Assembly (NCBI GenBank): GCA_964368295.1
Contig: CAYJBO010000005.1
Coordinates: 1-57,373, forward strand
DNA from: an uncultured Bacteroides sp.
GTDB lineage: Bacteria > Bacillota > Clostridia > Oscillospirales > Ruminococcaceae
Direction of reading: 5' to 3'
DNA length: 57,373 nt
Shown: piece by piece, positions 9,265 through 18,886 of the stretch
Position numbering within the stretch: the first letter of the stretch is position 1
How the letters are laid out: every line of letters begins with the position of its first letter
Notes under the pieces: generated by a model
What the model was told of the DNA's origin: nothing
What the model saw: the letters and a program-made list of their open reading frames with translations, nothing else
Databases searched by the model: none
Position numbers and translations under genes: made by a program

Positions 9265-10572
9265 TTAAGCAATGTTTCTAACTAGGCGCACAGAATTTAA
9301 TATGTTGTCCCCGCCTTCTGAAATTGCGTCACTGCCCTCATATTTTGGCGAAAATCTCACCGCCCCGGCGCCGTGAGAAGTGTATCCAAACGCCACATAC
9401 CACGCGGAGTCGTATTGTGGTGCCACTTCGCTAAAATATGCCGAAGTACTTGTCCAATAATAATAGTTTTCGTTTTCTGCAAACTCTGTGCAGATAAAAT
9501 AGTCCTGATTTATCGCAGGGTACGAGCCGTCATAGCTCACTATGCTTTGTAGCTCTTTAACGTCCGGCAAGCGCCAGTCATCGTAGCCTGCAAATTCTGA
9601 GCTCTCTGCCAGCGACAAAGCCTCTTGCCAGTCAACCGCAACACCTAAGTCCACCTCTAGCCACATAAGTCCCGAGGCATTATCGGTAATTGTGCCATCG
9701 CCATTATCTGTGTAATCTTCACCGCCGTAAACGTCCCCACGCACGGCCCTTACGTATTTGCCCATCTGCTGTGACGAGGCAGGATACGCCTTTATATGCC
9801 CCGTGAGATGGTTTACACCAAATGCGATATTACCAAGGCGCTCGTCACCCTCTACAAGGTTATAGTCGGCACACCAGTATTGTCCTTCTTCTTTAGATAT
9901 GCTGCCATCAAAGGATGTGCCTAGTGAGGTTTGTATATTAGTTTGTGCATTTTCGCTATCGTTATCTGTTGCACTGTCATCAGATTGTTGAGGCTCTCCA
10001 CCCTGAGGCCCACCGCCCTGTTGGGCGCCGCTTGCCGAAGAGTTTGATGTATCAAACCCAAAATACTGCGTATCTAGATATGGCCAGCCCGTCTCAAAAT
10101 CACTTATTGAAAATAGCTCCTCCGCCGTAGGCAATCGCCAATCATCGTAGCCTGCAAAATCAAGGCTCTCGCAATATTCCTGCGCTTGCTCCCATGTCAT
10201 TTTACCGCTGACGGGTATAGTAACCCATGTTAAACCTGTGTTTGCATCGTATGTTGTGCCGTCATCATTCATAGTAAAGGCAAAGGCTAATTTTTCATAG
10301 TCAGCATCTTGGCCGTAAAAGCCGGTTGATGTGTCAACTTCGCTTCCGCTATCATCGTATGTTTTATTTTGCCCTGTTGTAACAATCGGGCTGCTAACAT
10401 TTTCCAAAACCGATGTTGTGCTTGTCGATGTATCCGTTTGTGTATTAGATGTATCTTCCACCTGTGCCTCGACGGATGTGCCACTATCGGCGCTCTGTGT
10501 ATCGGCATTTGGGCTGCACGAGGATAAAAGCAAACACACAATAAGCAGTAAAGCGGTATATGTTTTTTTCAT
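9265..10572 (-). CDS. Lipoprotein with two DUF1566 (Lcl-like) domains
   Basis: Lipobox LSSC; two copies of D..(T/S)GL.W...W..A...(F)AGYDDWRLP...EL. Confidence 0.8.
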   Translation of the reverse strand: MKKTYTALLLIVCLLLSSCSPNADTQSADSGTSVEAQVEDTSNTQTDTSTSTTSVLENVSSPIVTTGQNKTYDDSGSEVDTSTGFYGQDADYEKLAFAFTMNDDGTTYDANTGLTWVTIPVSGKMTWEQAQEYCESLDFAGYDDWRLPTAEELFSISDFETGWPYLDTQYFGFDTSNSSASGAQQGGGPQGGEPQQSDDSATDNDSENAQTNIQTSLGTSFDGSISKEEGQYWCADYNLVEGDERLGNIAFGVNHLTGHIKAYPASSQQMGKYVRAVRGDVYGGEDYTDNGDGTITDNASGLMWLEVDLGVAVDWQEALSLAESSEFAGYDDWRLPDVKELQSIVSYDGSYPAINQDYFICTEFAENENYYYWTSTSAYFSEVAPQYDSAWYVAFGYTSHGAGAVRFSPKYEGSDAISEGGDNILNSVRLVRNIA

Positions 10573-10626
10573 AAAATTCTCCTGTTTTTAAGCTGTTAAT
10601 AATTATTTTTAAATTAATAATATCGG

Positions 10627-10649
10627 CTTAACCTTAAACTTACTTAAAA
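10627..10649 (-). promoter_or_regulatory. Putative response-regulator box upstream of the DUF1566-RR-HK operon
   Basis: cttaaccttaaacttacttaaaa, a near-identical copy of 7218-7240. Confidence 0.65.
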
Positions 10650-10886
10650 TTTTATGAAATTATAGTAATGCGCTAGTTTGCAATACTTTATTTATATAGT
10701 GTAGTTTATTTTATTTTAATATAAATATAGATATAACGCAAATATTAATTAAACTTTTGCGTCCTGTTTTTGCGTATTTTTTCATAGCGCTAAATATAGC
10801 CGGCAAAGCATATTGCGAAAAAACAGGCCTTGTGCTAAAATACCATGTAAGAGCGCTATTAAAATAATTGCTGAAAGGTGCTAAAT

Positions 10887-12092
10887 ATGGATGCAATGGC
10901 TAACTACAAATGCAATTCGTGCGGGGCAAATGTCACATTTAATCCCACAACGCAAAAACTTGTTTGCGAGCACTGCAAAACTGAGTATTCCTCCCTTACC
11001 GAAGAGAGAAAAACGCAGATTTTAAACGAAAATTATAATAATTACGACTGCCTTTCTTGCGGTGCAAAATTAGTAGCGGACAAAACTACAATTGCAACCG
11101 AGTGCGCCTTTTGTGGCTCTAATGTAGTTTTAAGCGACAAGTCTAACACATATACACAGCCCGAATTTATATTGCCCTTCCTTATAGACAAAGAAAAAGC
11201 GATGGAGCTGTTTTCTGAGCTTTGCAAGAAAGAAAAATTAACACCGAGAGAAATTACAAAGCAGAGCAAAATTAGCAAAATGCAAGGCGTATATGTGCCC
11301 ATGTGGTTTTTTAGCGCAAATGCTGAAAGCACACTGCAATATGAGTGCTCAACAGACGAGATTAACGTGGTGTCTGCAAAGAGAATTGCTAATTTTTTTG
11401 ACGTCTTTATGCGAGGTTTTGCAAGCTTTAACAAAATCCCCGTAAATGCCAGCAGCTATGTAAACAGCCGCTTTATTGAATCTATAGAGCCGTTTGAATG
11501 CGATAAGCTGGCGCCGTTTAATAATAAATATGTCATGGGTTTTCTTGCCGATTATAGCGATGTTTCGGCAGATATATGTTTTAAAACCGCAGAAAACCGC
11601 ATGGTAGAATCCGTGTCTGCTGTTTGCAAAAAAAGGCTGAAAAATTATGCAACAGTCAACTTAAAAAATACAAGCGCAGCTTATAATAATTGCGAAAAAA
11701 CCAATGTGCTTGTACCTGTTTGGTTTTTAAATATTAATTATAAAAAGCAAAAATATTGCTTTACAATAAATGGGCAAACAGGTAAAATTGCAGGGGTATT
11801 GCCCATGAGCAATATCGCAAGAAAAATTATTTATATTTTAATGGCATCGCTCATAACAACAATAGTAACAGCGCTCTCTTTGTTAACAGGCCCTCTCAGC
11901 GCGGCTATAGTTTTTGCGGCCACTGTGTTTTTTTTAGTACAAGGTTATCGCAAAAAAAGTTTAGTCGATGATAAAGTACATTATTTAGACGGCCAGGCAA
12001 ATGCCGATACTTATGTTGTGCCGAACTCAATTAATGTCGGCGAAAATAGCACTACTTTTATAAAAGCGCAAGAGATTATTGAAAAAGAATAG
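10887..12092 (+). CDS. Double zinc-ribbon membrane protein of unknown function
   Basis: Four CxxC pairs (CNSC, CEHC, CLSC, CAFC), YVPMW, INGQTGK, two C-terminal TMs. Confidence 0.75.
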   Translation: MDAMANYKCNSCGANVTFNPTTQKLVCEHCKTEYSSLTEERKTQILNENYNNYDCLSCGAKLVADKTTIATECAFCGSNVVLSDKSNTYTQPEFILPFLIDKEKAMELFSELCKKEKLTPREITKQSKISKMQGVYVPMWFFSANAESTLQYECSTDEINVVSAKRIANFFDVFMRGFASFNKIPVNASSYVNSRFIESIEPFECDKLAPFNNKYVMGFLADYSDVSADICFKTAENRMVESVSAVCKKRLKNYATVNLKNTSAAYNNCEKTNVLVPVWFLNINYKKQKYCFTINGQTGKIAGVLPMSNIARKIIYILMASLITTIVTALSLLTGPLSAAIVFAATVFFLVQGYRKKSLVDDKVHYLDGQANADTYVVPNSINVGENSTTFIKAQEIIEKE

Positions 12093-12147
12093 TATTAAGG
12101 CAAAGCTCCTAGCTACAGCTGAGGAGTGCCATACGTATCAGGCGCAA

Positions 12148-12187
12148 AAAAACAGGCTCTCGGCCCTAAAGCCGAAAGCCTGTTTTT
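12148..12187. terminator. Bidirectional intrinsic terminator between convergent genes
   Basis: aaaaacaggctctcggc...gccgaaagcctgttttt. Confidence 0.75.
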
Positions 12188-12363
12188 AATTGTTGTGTAT
12201 AATCTTTCGCAAAACTTAAATTTGCAACGCATAGCCAATCCGATACAATGCAAAACCGCCTCAAAACGCTTAATTTGCCCACATAGCGGTGTCATCCTCA
12301 TAGACAAACGTCGGTTTTTCGTCGTTGCAACTAAAGCCATGCGCGAATAATAGTAAATAGCTA

Positions 12364-15129
12364 TTAGTTGCCTGTTTTTGGCTTATTTTTATTCTTGTTG
12401 TTAACTAAAATAATTACCACACAAGTGCTAATTAATACTATCAAAGCAACTATTAAAATAATATACATCATTCTTTGCATTGCGCTAGTTTCACTCGGCT
12501 CAAATGGCGAGCCCGGCAACGAAGAATCTGTAATCGTTTCGTTTTCAATTATATTGACATATTCTGCACTCAAGCCCTGTTGATTCGGGAATGCATCTGT
12601 TATATTGTCTTTTGAGTTGACTGTATTATTTGATATTTGCAGCAAGAAAGGTGGTTCTATTTGTGCAGTTTGAGCAGGCTCTTGTGCCTGGCTTTCTGCC
12701 GGCGCACTGATTATTTCGCTGCTTGCCGGTATAGCCTCGCTACTTGTCGGCACGTCCTCGCTATTTGCAGCAGTGCTATCCGCTGTGGCTTGCACAGAGC
12801 TATCAACAGCACTATTTTCATCCATTTGCTCGGCTGTCGGTGCGCTGCTGCTCACCGCTTCTGCTTGAGGTTCAGTGTCTTGCGCTACACTTGCCTGTGC
12901 CGCAGGTTCTTGCTGTGCGGCCACTGCCTCAACAGATTCGTCCGCCGCTACTACTGCAACACTTTCCGGTAAAGATTCGCTTGCGGGCTCAACCGAGCCC
13001 TCCGGCGCTGCATTTTGTGGAACTTGAGCATCCTCAATTTCAACCGGCTGAGATATTGGGGGCACTGCACCGCTAAAGATAAATGCGTTACCCTTGGGCG
13101 AATTTTCCGGCATTGTAATATTGTTGCTGTCTATAATTACAGCAGAGCCCTCTTTTACATCAACTGCATGGAACATCACCAATGTTGGCGCATCGCTAAC
13201 CTGCGTAGTTGCAATATTATTATTGCTCAAATTAAACTGCGCATTAATGGGTCTGTCATAATACCTAAAATAGGTAGTAATTGAATCTGCATTAACTGTA
13301 TTGCCAACAAATTCATCGACGTTATATGTTAGCATATTAACGCTGCCATCTACATTGACAATATTGTTAACTGCGCTATCAACATCAAAAATGTTGTTTT
13401 TAATGTCTCCTGTGATATTTATTGTATTTCCGCTTAAAAATGTTAAGCGCCCTGCAAAAACGCCCGTTGTGGCTTTTACATCATTAACAACATTAACTGT
13501 GTTGTTGTTAATATACAGGTTTCCGTCCGCCTCGTTATTAGAGCGGTAGAAAACTTGCCCGCCCTCATTTGCGCTAGAGTCTGTGCCCTCGTATCCTTTT
13601 CCTCGGGCGTAAGTTATAACATTGTCTTCAACAACAAACGAGCTAGCGCCCTTTGTCTGTATTGATAGGGCAGTATATGTGGTTTGCGTATCAAGCACAT
13701 TGCCGGTAAACGAAAGGTTCTCTATGCTTTCAGTGTACGAATCTCCAAGAGAAACTGCAATAACGCTTGAGGTGTACTGTCCGTCACGCATTACCATCGT
13801 GTTGTCATAAATATGTATGTCGCTAAGCATGGCATACGGCATACCAACCGACACTATTTCATCGTGGCAAACTTTTTCCATATAATTATTGCGCACGTGG
13901 ACATTATTGGTTTTCATGCCCCAAATATCACGTACCATTACGCATGTTCCCTCATGGCCGTCGTGGTATAGGTACATTTCATTATTTTCTATTACAACAC
14001 CGTCTATATCGGTAAACACATCGATGTTGTGAAATCCACGAATTTTAGGCTCGCCATCATCTTCATATGTTGCCTGTGGGCCTGTAAAAACACTGTTTTT
14101 AACAACAATATTAGTTGCATGGGCCATTGCAAGTTGTACTTTTAAATTAGTGTCCATAGAGGTATGTGTAGAATGAATATTTAAGGCATCAATTGTGATA
14201 TTACTTTCGTTGGAAATAGTAAGTATTCTTCCATCATTCACATCTGTTTCAAGTACAAAGCTATCATCGGTTAGCAGGGTGCTTGAATTGCCGTTATAAA
14301 CCTTATCGCTTTTAAAGAAAAGTTGTCGGCTGATAAAAAAATTCTGCTGCTGTGGGAAGTTTATAACAGCGGCACTGCTGTTAAAGGCAGTTTGCAAAAA
14401 CACTGAATTATCTTGATCCACATTTGGAATTGCGCCAAACTGCAAAACATTCATGCTGTCTTGGACATTTAATTGAGCTACAAAGCCGCTGTTTAATTGA
14501 ATAGCCGTCATTTCGTCTACATTTGCCGCATTGTTTGACAATGTATATGTTGCGCCACCGCCATCATTCGCACTGTAAAAACCTGTTGTAGTAACCTCAT
14601 CGCCAACATTTAGCTCGCCGAGGTCGGCAGTTTTCATGTCTGCAACAGTGTCAAAAACACTTGCGCTAACGGCCTCGTCCTGCTCTGTTTCGGTCGGCTG
14701 CTCTGCCGGTACATCGGGTGTAACTGTCGGCACTTGTGGCTCCGGCTGAGATTCCGGCTGAGGCTCGGACTGAGATGTAGGTTCAGACTCCGGCTCCGGC
14801 TGGGATTCGGGCTCCGGCTGAGGCTCAGGTGCAGGTTCAGGCTCAGGCGCAGGTTCAGGTTCCGGCTCAGGCTCCGGCTGAGGCTCCGGCGTAGATTCCG
14901 GCTCCGGCTCCGGCTGAGCTTGAGAAGAAGAGCTCTCATCACTATTGTTTCTTGTAAAAAAATCAATTATGCTTTGCCAAAAACGAGACCAGGCACTTAA
15001 GGATACCACCTCTACCGAATAGCTGGTGTCTTGCGAATCGGCGTGCACGGTTAATGGCAGTGCAAATACATTGGTAAATATTATTGTCAGGCAAACTAAT
15101 ACCGTAACAATTTTTTTGTTAATGCTCAT
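12364..15129 (-). CDS. Large membrane-anchored surface protein with a Pro/Glu linker and a pectate-lyase-3/tailspike-like right-handed beta-helix
   Basis: Signal peptide; (EP/QP)n linker; 'FDTVADMK...[15 protein letters not shown]...NVLQFGA' entry segment; N/I/V-rich beta-helix repeats; acidic S/A/P stalk; C-terminal TM and basic tail. Confidence 0.75.
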   Translation of the reverse strand: MSINKKIVTVLVCLTIIFTNVFALPLTVHADSQDTSYSVEVVSLSAWSRFWQSIIDFFTRNNSDESSSSQAQPEPEPESTPEPQPEPEPEPEPAPEPEPAPEPQPEPESQPEPESEPTSQSEPQPESQPEPQVPTVTPDVPAEQPTETEQDEAVSASVFDTVADMKTADLGELNVGDEVTTTGFYSANDGGGATYTLSNNAANVDEMTAIQLNSGFVAQLNVQDSMNVLQFGAIPNVDQDNSVFLQTAFNSSAAVINFPQQQNFFISRQLFFKSDKVYNGNSSTLLTDDSFVLETDVNDGRILTISNESNITIDALNIHSTHTSMDTNLKVQLAMAHATNIVVKNSVFTGPQATYEDDGEPKIRGFHNIDVFTDIDGVVIENNEMYLYHDGHEGTCVMVRDIWGMKTNNVHVRNNYMEKVCHDEIVSVGMPYAMLSDIHIYDNTMVMRDGQYTSSVIAVSLGDSYTESIENLSFTGNVLDTQTTYTALSIQTKGASSFVVEDNVITYARGKGYEGTDSSANEGGQVFYRSNNEADGNLYINNNTVNVVNDVKATTGVFAGRLTFLSGNTINITGDIKNNIFDVDSAVNNIVNVDGSVNMLTYNVDEFVGNTVNADSITTYFRYYDRPINAQFNLSNNNIATTQVSDAPTLVMFHAVDVKEGSAVIIDSNNITMPENSPKGNAFIFSGAVPPISQPVEIEDAQVPQNAAPEGSVEPASESLPESVAVVAADESVEAVAAQQEPAAQASVAQDTEPQAEAVSSSAPTAEQMDENSAVDSSVQATADSTAANSEDVPTSSEAIPASSEIISAPAESQAQEPAQTAQIEPPFLLQISNNTVNSKDNITDAFPNQQGLSAEYVNIIENETITDSSLPGSPFEPSETSAMQRMMYIILIVALIVLISTCVVIILVNNKNKNKPKTGN
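14739..14916 (-). repeat. Low-complexity tandem repeat encoding a (EP/QP/SP)n linker
   Basis: Repeated ggctcc/ggctga/ggttca hexamers. Confidence 0.9.
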
Positions 15130-15197
15130 GGTTATCTCCTATATTGCAGTGTTTAATTAAGTATAACGGGTCGTACTAAATCATTTCAACTATAAAA

Positions 15198-15215
15198 GGT
15201 TACTCGATTGTTACA
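15198..15215 (-). promoter_or_regulatory. Direct-repeat box TGTAACA-N4-AGTAACC
   Basis: Plus-strand ggttact-cgat-tgttaca with 11-bp periodicity, upstream of the beta-helix gene. Confidence 0.5.
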
Positions 15216-15346
15216 TTTGCAATTTTATCATTTGTCTCGTGGTTTGTCAATTTAAAAATTGCAATTCTATTTATATGTATTTTATCTTTAGCAAGTTAAT
15301 TTTATGCTGTTTTAAAATCGGTCTCTCTAATTTTTAGCTCTGCTAA

Positions 15347-16279
15347 TTATCTATTGCTTAAAATTTTGCGGCGTATGCTAATAAAAATAATAATCGTTAG
15401 CACAACAACCATCACTAACGAAAGCATCAGTAAAAATCCACTGTTGTCGTCTTGTGTTAAATCGGCATCTTCGGGCACGCTCAATACGGCAACGCTGTAG
15501 GTTTCGCCCTGTAGTGAAAATTGGTTCCCCTCAATGTCAAAAAATATAAAACTAAAAGTTATGTCTTGGGTTGCGCCCGCCTGTGCAAAAGTATAGGCTT
15601 CGTTAATAGTTAGCTGCTCGTCTGCGGCCAACGTGCCAAGCTCATACTCTTGCAGCGTTATAATCTCGCCATTTTGCTCTGTTTCAATTCGCATAATAAG
15701 CTCTGATAAATCTATCAAGCCCGCATTTCTGCAAAAGCCGTTAATAGATACCGGCTCGCCTTCATAAGCAGATATTTGCATATCCACTTGGATTTGAAAA
15801 CTGTTTGGGCCAAATACAGGGAGGTATAAATAATTATTGTCGCTATAAGTTGTATTGCTGTCGTCTATATACTGTGTTTGAACTAACAGCTCGTAAACTT
15901 GCGGTGTGTGCGCAGAAATATTAAATTTTTTACTTATGTAGACTATTTCGCCCGGGGCCATTGTGGATATAAAGGCTGAATTTGTCTCGCCAAAAATTGA
16001 ATAAAAGCCATTCTCCGATGTTCCAAAGCCTACGCTGAGATTCATAATATTCTCGGTAGAACTTGTGTTTTGAAACGCAAACTGCAAGGTGACTTGCTCT
16101 TCCGAAACAAGCTCGCCGGCAATAATTTCATACCCTAAAATAACAAGCTCCGGGCGGTTTGGCACAAGTTCTTCCACGCCGGTAATCTCGCCGGCAAACA
16201 CCGTAAACGAAGACGCAAAAAACATAAAAAGCACAATAATTAAAAATATTGGCCACATTGCTTTTTTTATATAAGCCAT
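15347..16279 (-). CDS. Membrane-anchored protein with two Ig-like (COG1361/CARDB-like) domains
   Basis: Signal peptide, 'V.L.F..QNTS' and 'G.LAA.E' beta-sandwich patterns, C-terminal TM; abuts cpsD. Confidence 0.55.
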   Translation of the reverse strand: MAYIKKAMWPIFLIIVLFMFFASSFTVFAGEITGVEELVPNRPELVILGYEIIAGELVSEEQVTLQFAFQNTSSTENIMNLSVGFGTSENGFYSIFGETNSAFISTMAPGEIVYISKKFNISAHTPQVYELLVQTQYIDDSNTTYSDNNYLYLPVFGPNSFQIQVDMQISAYEGEPVSINGFCRNAGLIDLSELIMRIETEQNGEIITLQEYELGTLAADEQLTINEAYTFAQAGATQDITFSFIFFDIEGNQFSLQGETYSVAVLSVPEDADLTQDDNSGFLLMLSLVMVVVLTIIIFISIRRKILSNR

Positions 16280-17077
16280 TTAGCGCGTCCCCCTTGTATA
16301 TGTATTTTTGCCTTCATCCGTCTGTTTATTTTTTTTGTCGAGCACTCTTTTTACTTTAAACATATTATTGTTTTTATACTCTTTATCTATAAAGTATTTA
16401 TGCGCTTTATTAATGCGCACAAAAGATTTATTATCTACGTAGTTTAAAACTATGCCTAAAATATTTGCGCCGGCATCTTCTAAAAGTGTTTTGCTGCTAT
16501 GTATGCTTTGTTTAGTTGTGTGCTCCCACTTTGCAACAAGAATAGTGCTGTCGCTCAAGCCGCCTATAAGTGTGGAATCAACCGCAGCAAGCGGTGAGGG
16601 CGCATCTATTATTATAAAATCGTAGCACGTTCTAAGCGCCTCAAAAAACTTACTTGTCTGCGCCGAGCCAAAAAAGTTAATAGGGTTAATTTTCGGGTTT
16701 CCCGATGCCAAATAGTGCAGGCGAGGATGGTTTGTTAAATTGAAAACATTATTCGGGTCAGTTGCCATTCCGCTCAAACACTCTGTAAGGCCTATTTCAG
16801 TTTCGGTTAACCTTTTATATTTTGACTCTTTGCGCATGTCTGCGTCTATAAGTATAGTTTTCCAGCCGGCGGCCGCAACAGCAATTGCAAGGTTTATTGC
16901 TATAGATGTAGAGCCAACTGCCGGCTCGCAACCACAAACCATAAAAATTCGGCTTTTGTTTTTTTTCTTTTCCCTGTAAAGCTTTATTACAACTCTATCA
17001 ATTGCGCCGTCTATAACGGGCGAATTTAAACTATAGATGTTTTTAACATTTTTAGCATTCTGTGTATTGTTTGTCAT
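16280..17077 (-). CDS. cpsD: CpsD/CapB-like BY-kinase homolog with degenerate Walker A
   Basis: LIDADMR and IIIDAP motifs, ILGIVLN; Walker A reads GCEPAVGSTS. Confidence 0.85.
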   Translation of the reverse strand: MTNNTQNAKNVKNIYSLNSPVIDGAIDRVVIKLYREKKKNKSRIFMVCGCEPAVGSTSIAINLAIAVAAAGWKTILIDADMRKESKYKRLTETEIGLTECLSGMATDPNNVFNLTNHPRLHYLASGNPKINPINFFGSAQTSKFFEALRTCYDFIIIDAPSPLAAVDSTLIGGLSDSTILVAKWEHTTKQSIHSSKTLLEDAGANILGIVLNYVDNKSFVRINKAHKYFIDKEYKNNNMFKVKRVLDKKNKQTDEGKNTYTRGTR

Positions 17078-17127
17078 AAAATTTTATCTTCCTTTAATTA
17101 TACTTTTGGCTCTAACCGTCAATGTTA

Positions 17128-17823
17128 TCAACTGTCACTTTGTTCAAATTCCGGTATAATGCCAAGCACATCCAGTTCTCCGTCTAGGCTTGTGTCGCTT
17201 ACAGAGTGTATTTTTGTAGAAAAAACATCAATTAACACCCAAATAACACTTACAAAAGCAAAAGCTAATATCGATGCCAATATGCGAAGCATCCACTGCT
17301 GAATTGTTCCGTCTTGTATCTTATCGTAATCTTCGGCAACGTCCAAAACATGAATATTGCTCTGTCCTGTAATGGCAGAAATTTCGGTGACAAACGAAGT
17401 GGCCACCGCATTTGCCGCCGCAACGGCAACATTGGGCTCGCTATGGTTTACCGTAATGCGCAAAACAGACGAGTCATCAAGCGAGGAAACGTTTACGCTT
17501 TTTCTCAATATCTCACCGGTTATTTGGTCGTCACCTACCATGTCCGCCGCTTGGTTTAAAACTTTTAAGCTAGTAATAACATCCGCGTATTCTTGCAGTG
17601 CGGCATTGGACACAAAAGCCTCTTGAATGTCATACCCGCCGCCTGCGGTAGTATATACACTTGAGTATGCTTGATATATGTCTGTTGTTGCGTTAACGGT
17701 AAGAATAGTAGTTGCAAAGAAGATTAAAAGCGAGCAAAGAATCGTTAATAATAGGTTCTTCTTCCATACTTCTATACATCTTATAATGTCTATTTTTAAA
17801 CTTGGCTGATATTCTTTTTCCAT
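17128..17823 (-). CDS. cpsC: CpsC/Wzz-like polysaccharide co-polymerase (2 TM)
   Basis: Two TMs, P..AV..AN.VA, VLDVA and C-terminal VLGIIP; adjacent to cpsD. Confidence 0.85.
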   Translation of the reverse strand: MEKEYQPSLKIDIIRCIEVWKKNLLLTILCSLLIFFATTILTVNATTDIYQAYSSVYTTAGGGYDIQEAFVSNAALQEYADVITSLKVLNQAADMVGDDQITGEILRKSVNVSSLDDSSVLRITVNHSEPNVAVAAANAVATSFVTEISAITGQSNIHVLDVAEDYDKIQDGTIQQWMLRILASILAFAFVSVIWVLIDVFSTKIHSVSDTSLDGELDVLGIIPEFEQSDS

Positions 17824-17846
17824 TGATATCACCTTCCTTTTTATAA

Positions 17847-18752
17847 CTATGTGTTTGCTATTTTATTCACTATTTTTTCAATTATATTAATATCTACATC
17901 CGCGCTAAATTTTCTTGCAAATAGGCACCCTGTATTTACAAGCATGTCGTAGTCTTCGGTTTTATAAGTATATGGCAAGCCTCTGTCCCAGTCTATTTTT
18001 CTCAAAGCCATGTCGGCAGGTTTTTCATTTAGCGGTGTATAAACTTGGTTTGCAAAGCGGGAGTTTTTAACCAGTGTGTGCACAAAAACTTCATCGCTAT
18101 AACGGCCATATTTGCATGTTTTTTCTATCCAATCTCTCTGGGATAATATGTATGTCACAAGCTCATGGGTTATGCTGCACCAATTTGTGCCCTTATATAT
18201 TTTAACGCTCTCGCCTGACAGCCTATTTAATTTAAGCAGCTTTTGCAAGCGAACAGAAACCATATCAAACAGGTAAAAGCCGATATAAATTAAGCGTTTA
18301 TAATTTCTCCCGTATAAATCTTGAAAGAAATAATAGTACTGTATTCTCTCATAGTAATCATAAGAATGCTCGACAAAATGTATAAACTGCTTATTGTCTT
18401 GCGCATTAAAATACTCGTGTATTTCATCTTGTGTTTTTATCGGCAAATCGACACCCGATATCAGGTGGTAATACGCGTGCTCTTGTGTTTTTGCGGCAAA
18501 TTCCCACAGATTAAGCTGGCATAAAACCTGGGTGTACCCCGCCCACGAAACCGACATGGAGGGCACTATGTATACTCTGCTATATTTTATATCCGACAGC
18601 AAAAACGTTTCGTCAAGCTCCTCGGATTTTTTATCCCAGTGTATAAAAATATTATTTCTCACATCGTCCAAAACGCTTAGCAGTATTTTTAACTGCTTAA
18701 CATTTCCATGCGCCATAATTAAATATGCATGCTTTTGGTTTTTAGTTAGCAT
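17847..18752 (-). CDS. GT14 (core-2/I-branching-type) glycosyltransferase
   Basis: HAYLIMAH, IHWDKK, HLISGVDLPIK, G.NW.SIT, DEVF and LFARKF. Confidence 0.9.
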   Translation of the reverse strand: MLTKNQKHAYLIMAHGNVKQLKILLSVLDDVRNNIFIHWDKKSEELDETFLLSDIKYSRVYIVPSMSVSWAGYTQVLCQLNLWEFAAKTQEHAYYHLISGVDLPIKTQDEIHEYFNAQDNKQFIHFVEHSYDYYERIQYYYFFQDLYGRNYKRLIYIGFYLFDMVSVRLQKLLKLNRLSGESVKIYKGTNWCSITHELVTYILSQRDWIEKTCKYGRYSDEVFVHTLVKNSRFANQVYTPLNEKPADMALRKIDWDRGLPYTYKTEDYDMLVNTGCLFARKFSADVDINIIEKIVNKIANT

Positions 18753-18886
18753 AAGCACCTCCCTTATATAACTATTGCCCTGTTATGCATAAAAACATAA
18801 CTTAATAGTTGATTTTAAAATTGCCCTAAAGGCGTAATTTACTTTTTAAATTTGCAGCTCGCAATGTGCTTTTTTCAAGTACACTG

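Noticed and set aside
12093..12363. Riboswitch or small ORFs (12113-12340, 12126-12350) between convergent genes
   Set aside because: Lies at two 3' ends, contains an ordinary terminator, and has no riboswitch consensus or RBS that I could recognise.
14634..15000. Arg/Ser/Leu-rich ORFs (14634-14966 minus, 14734-15000 plus)
   Set aside because: Alternative-frame and antisense readings of the Pro/Glu linker repeat in the 921-aa gene.
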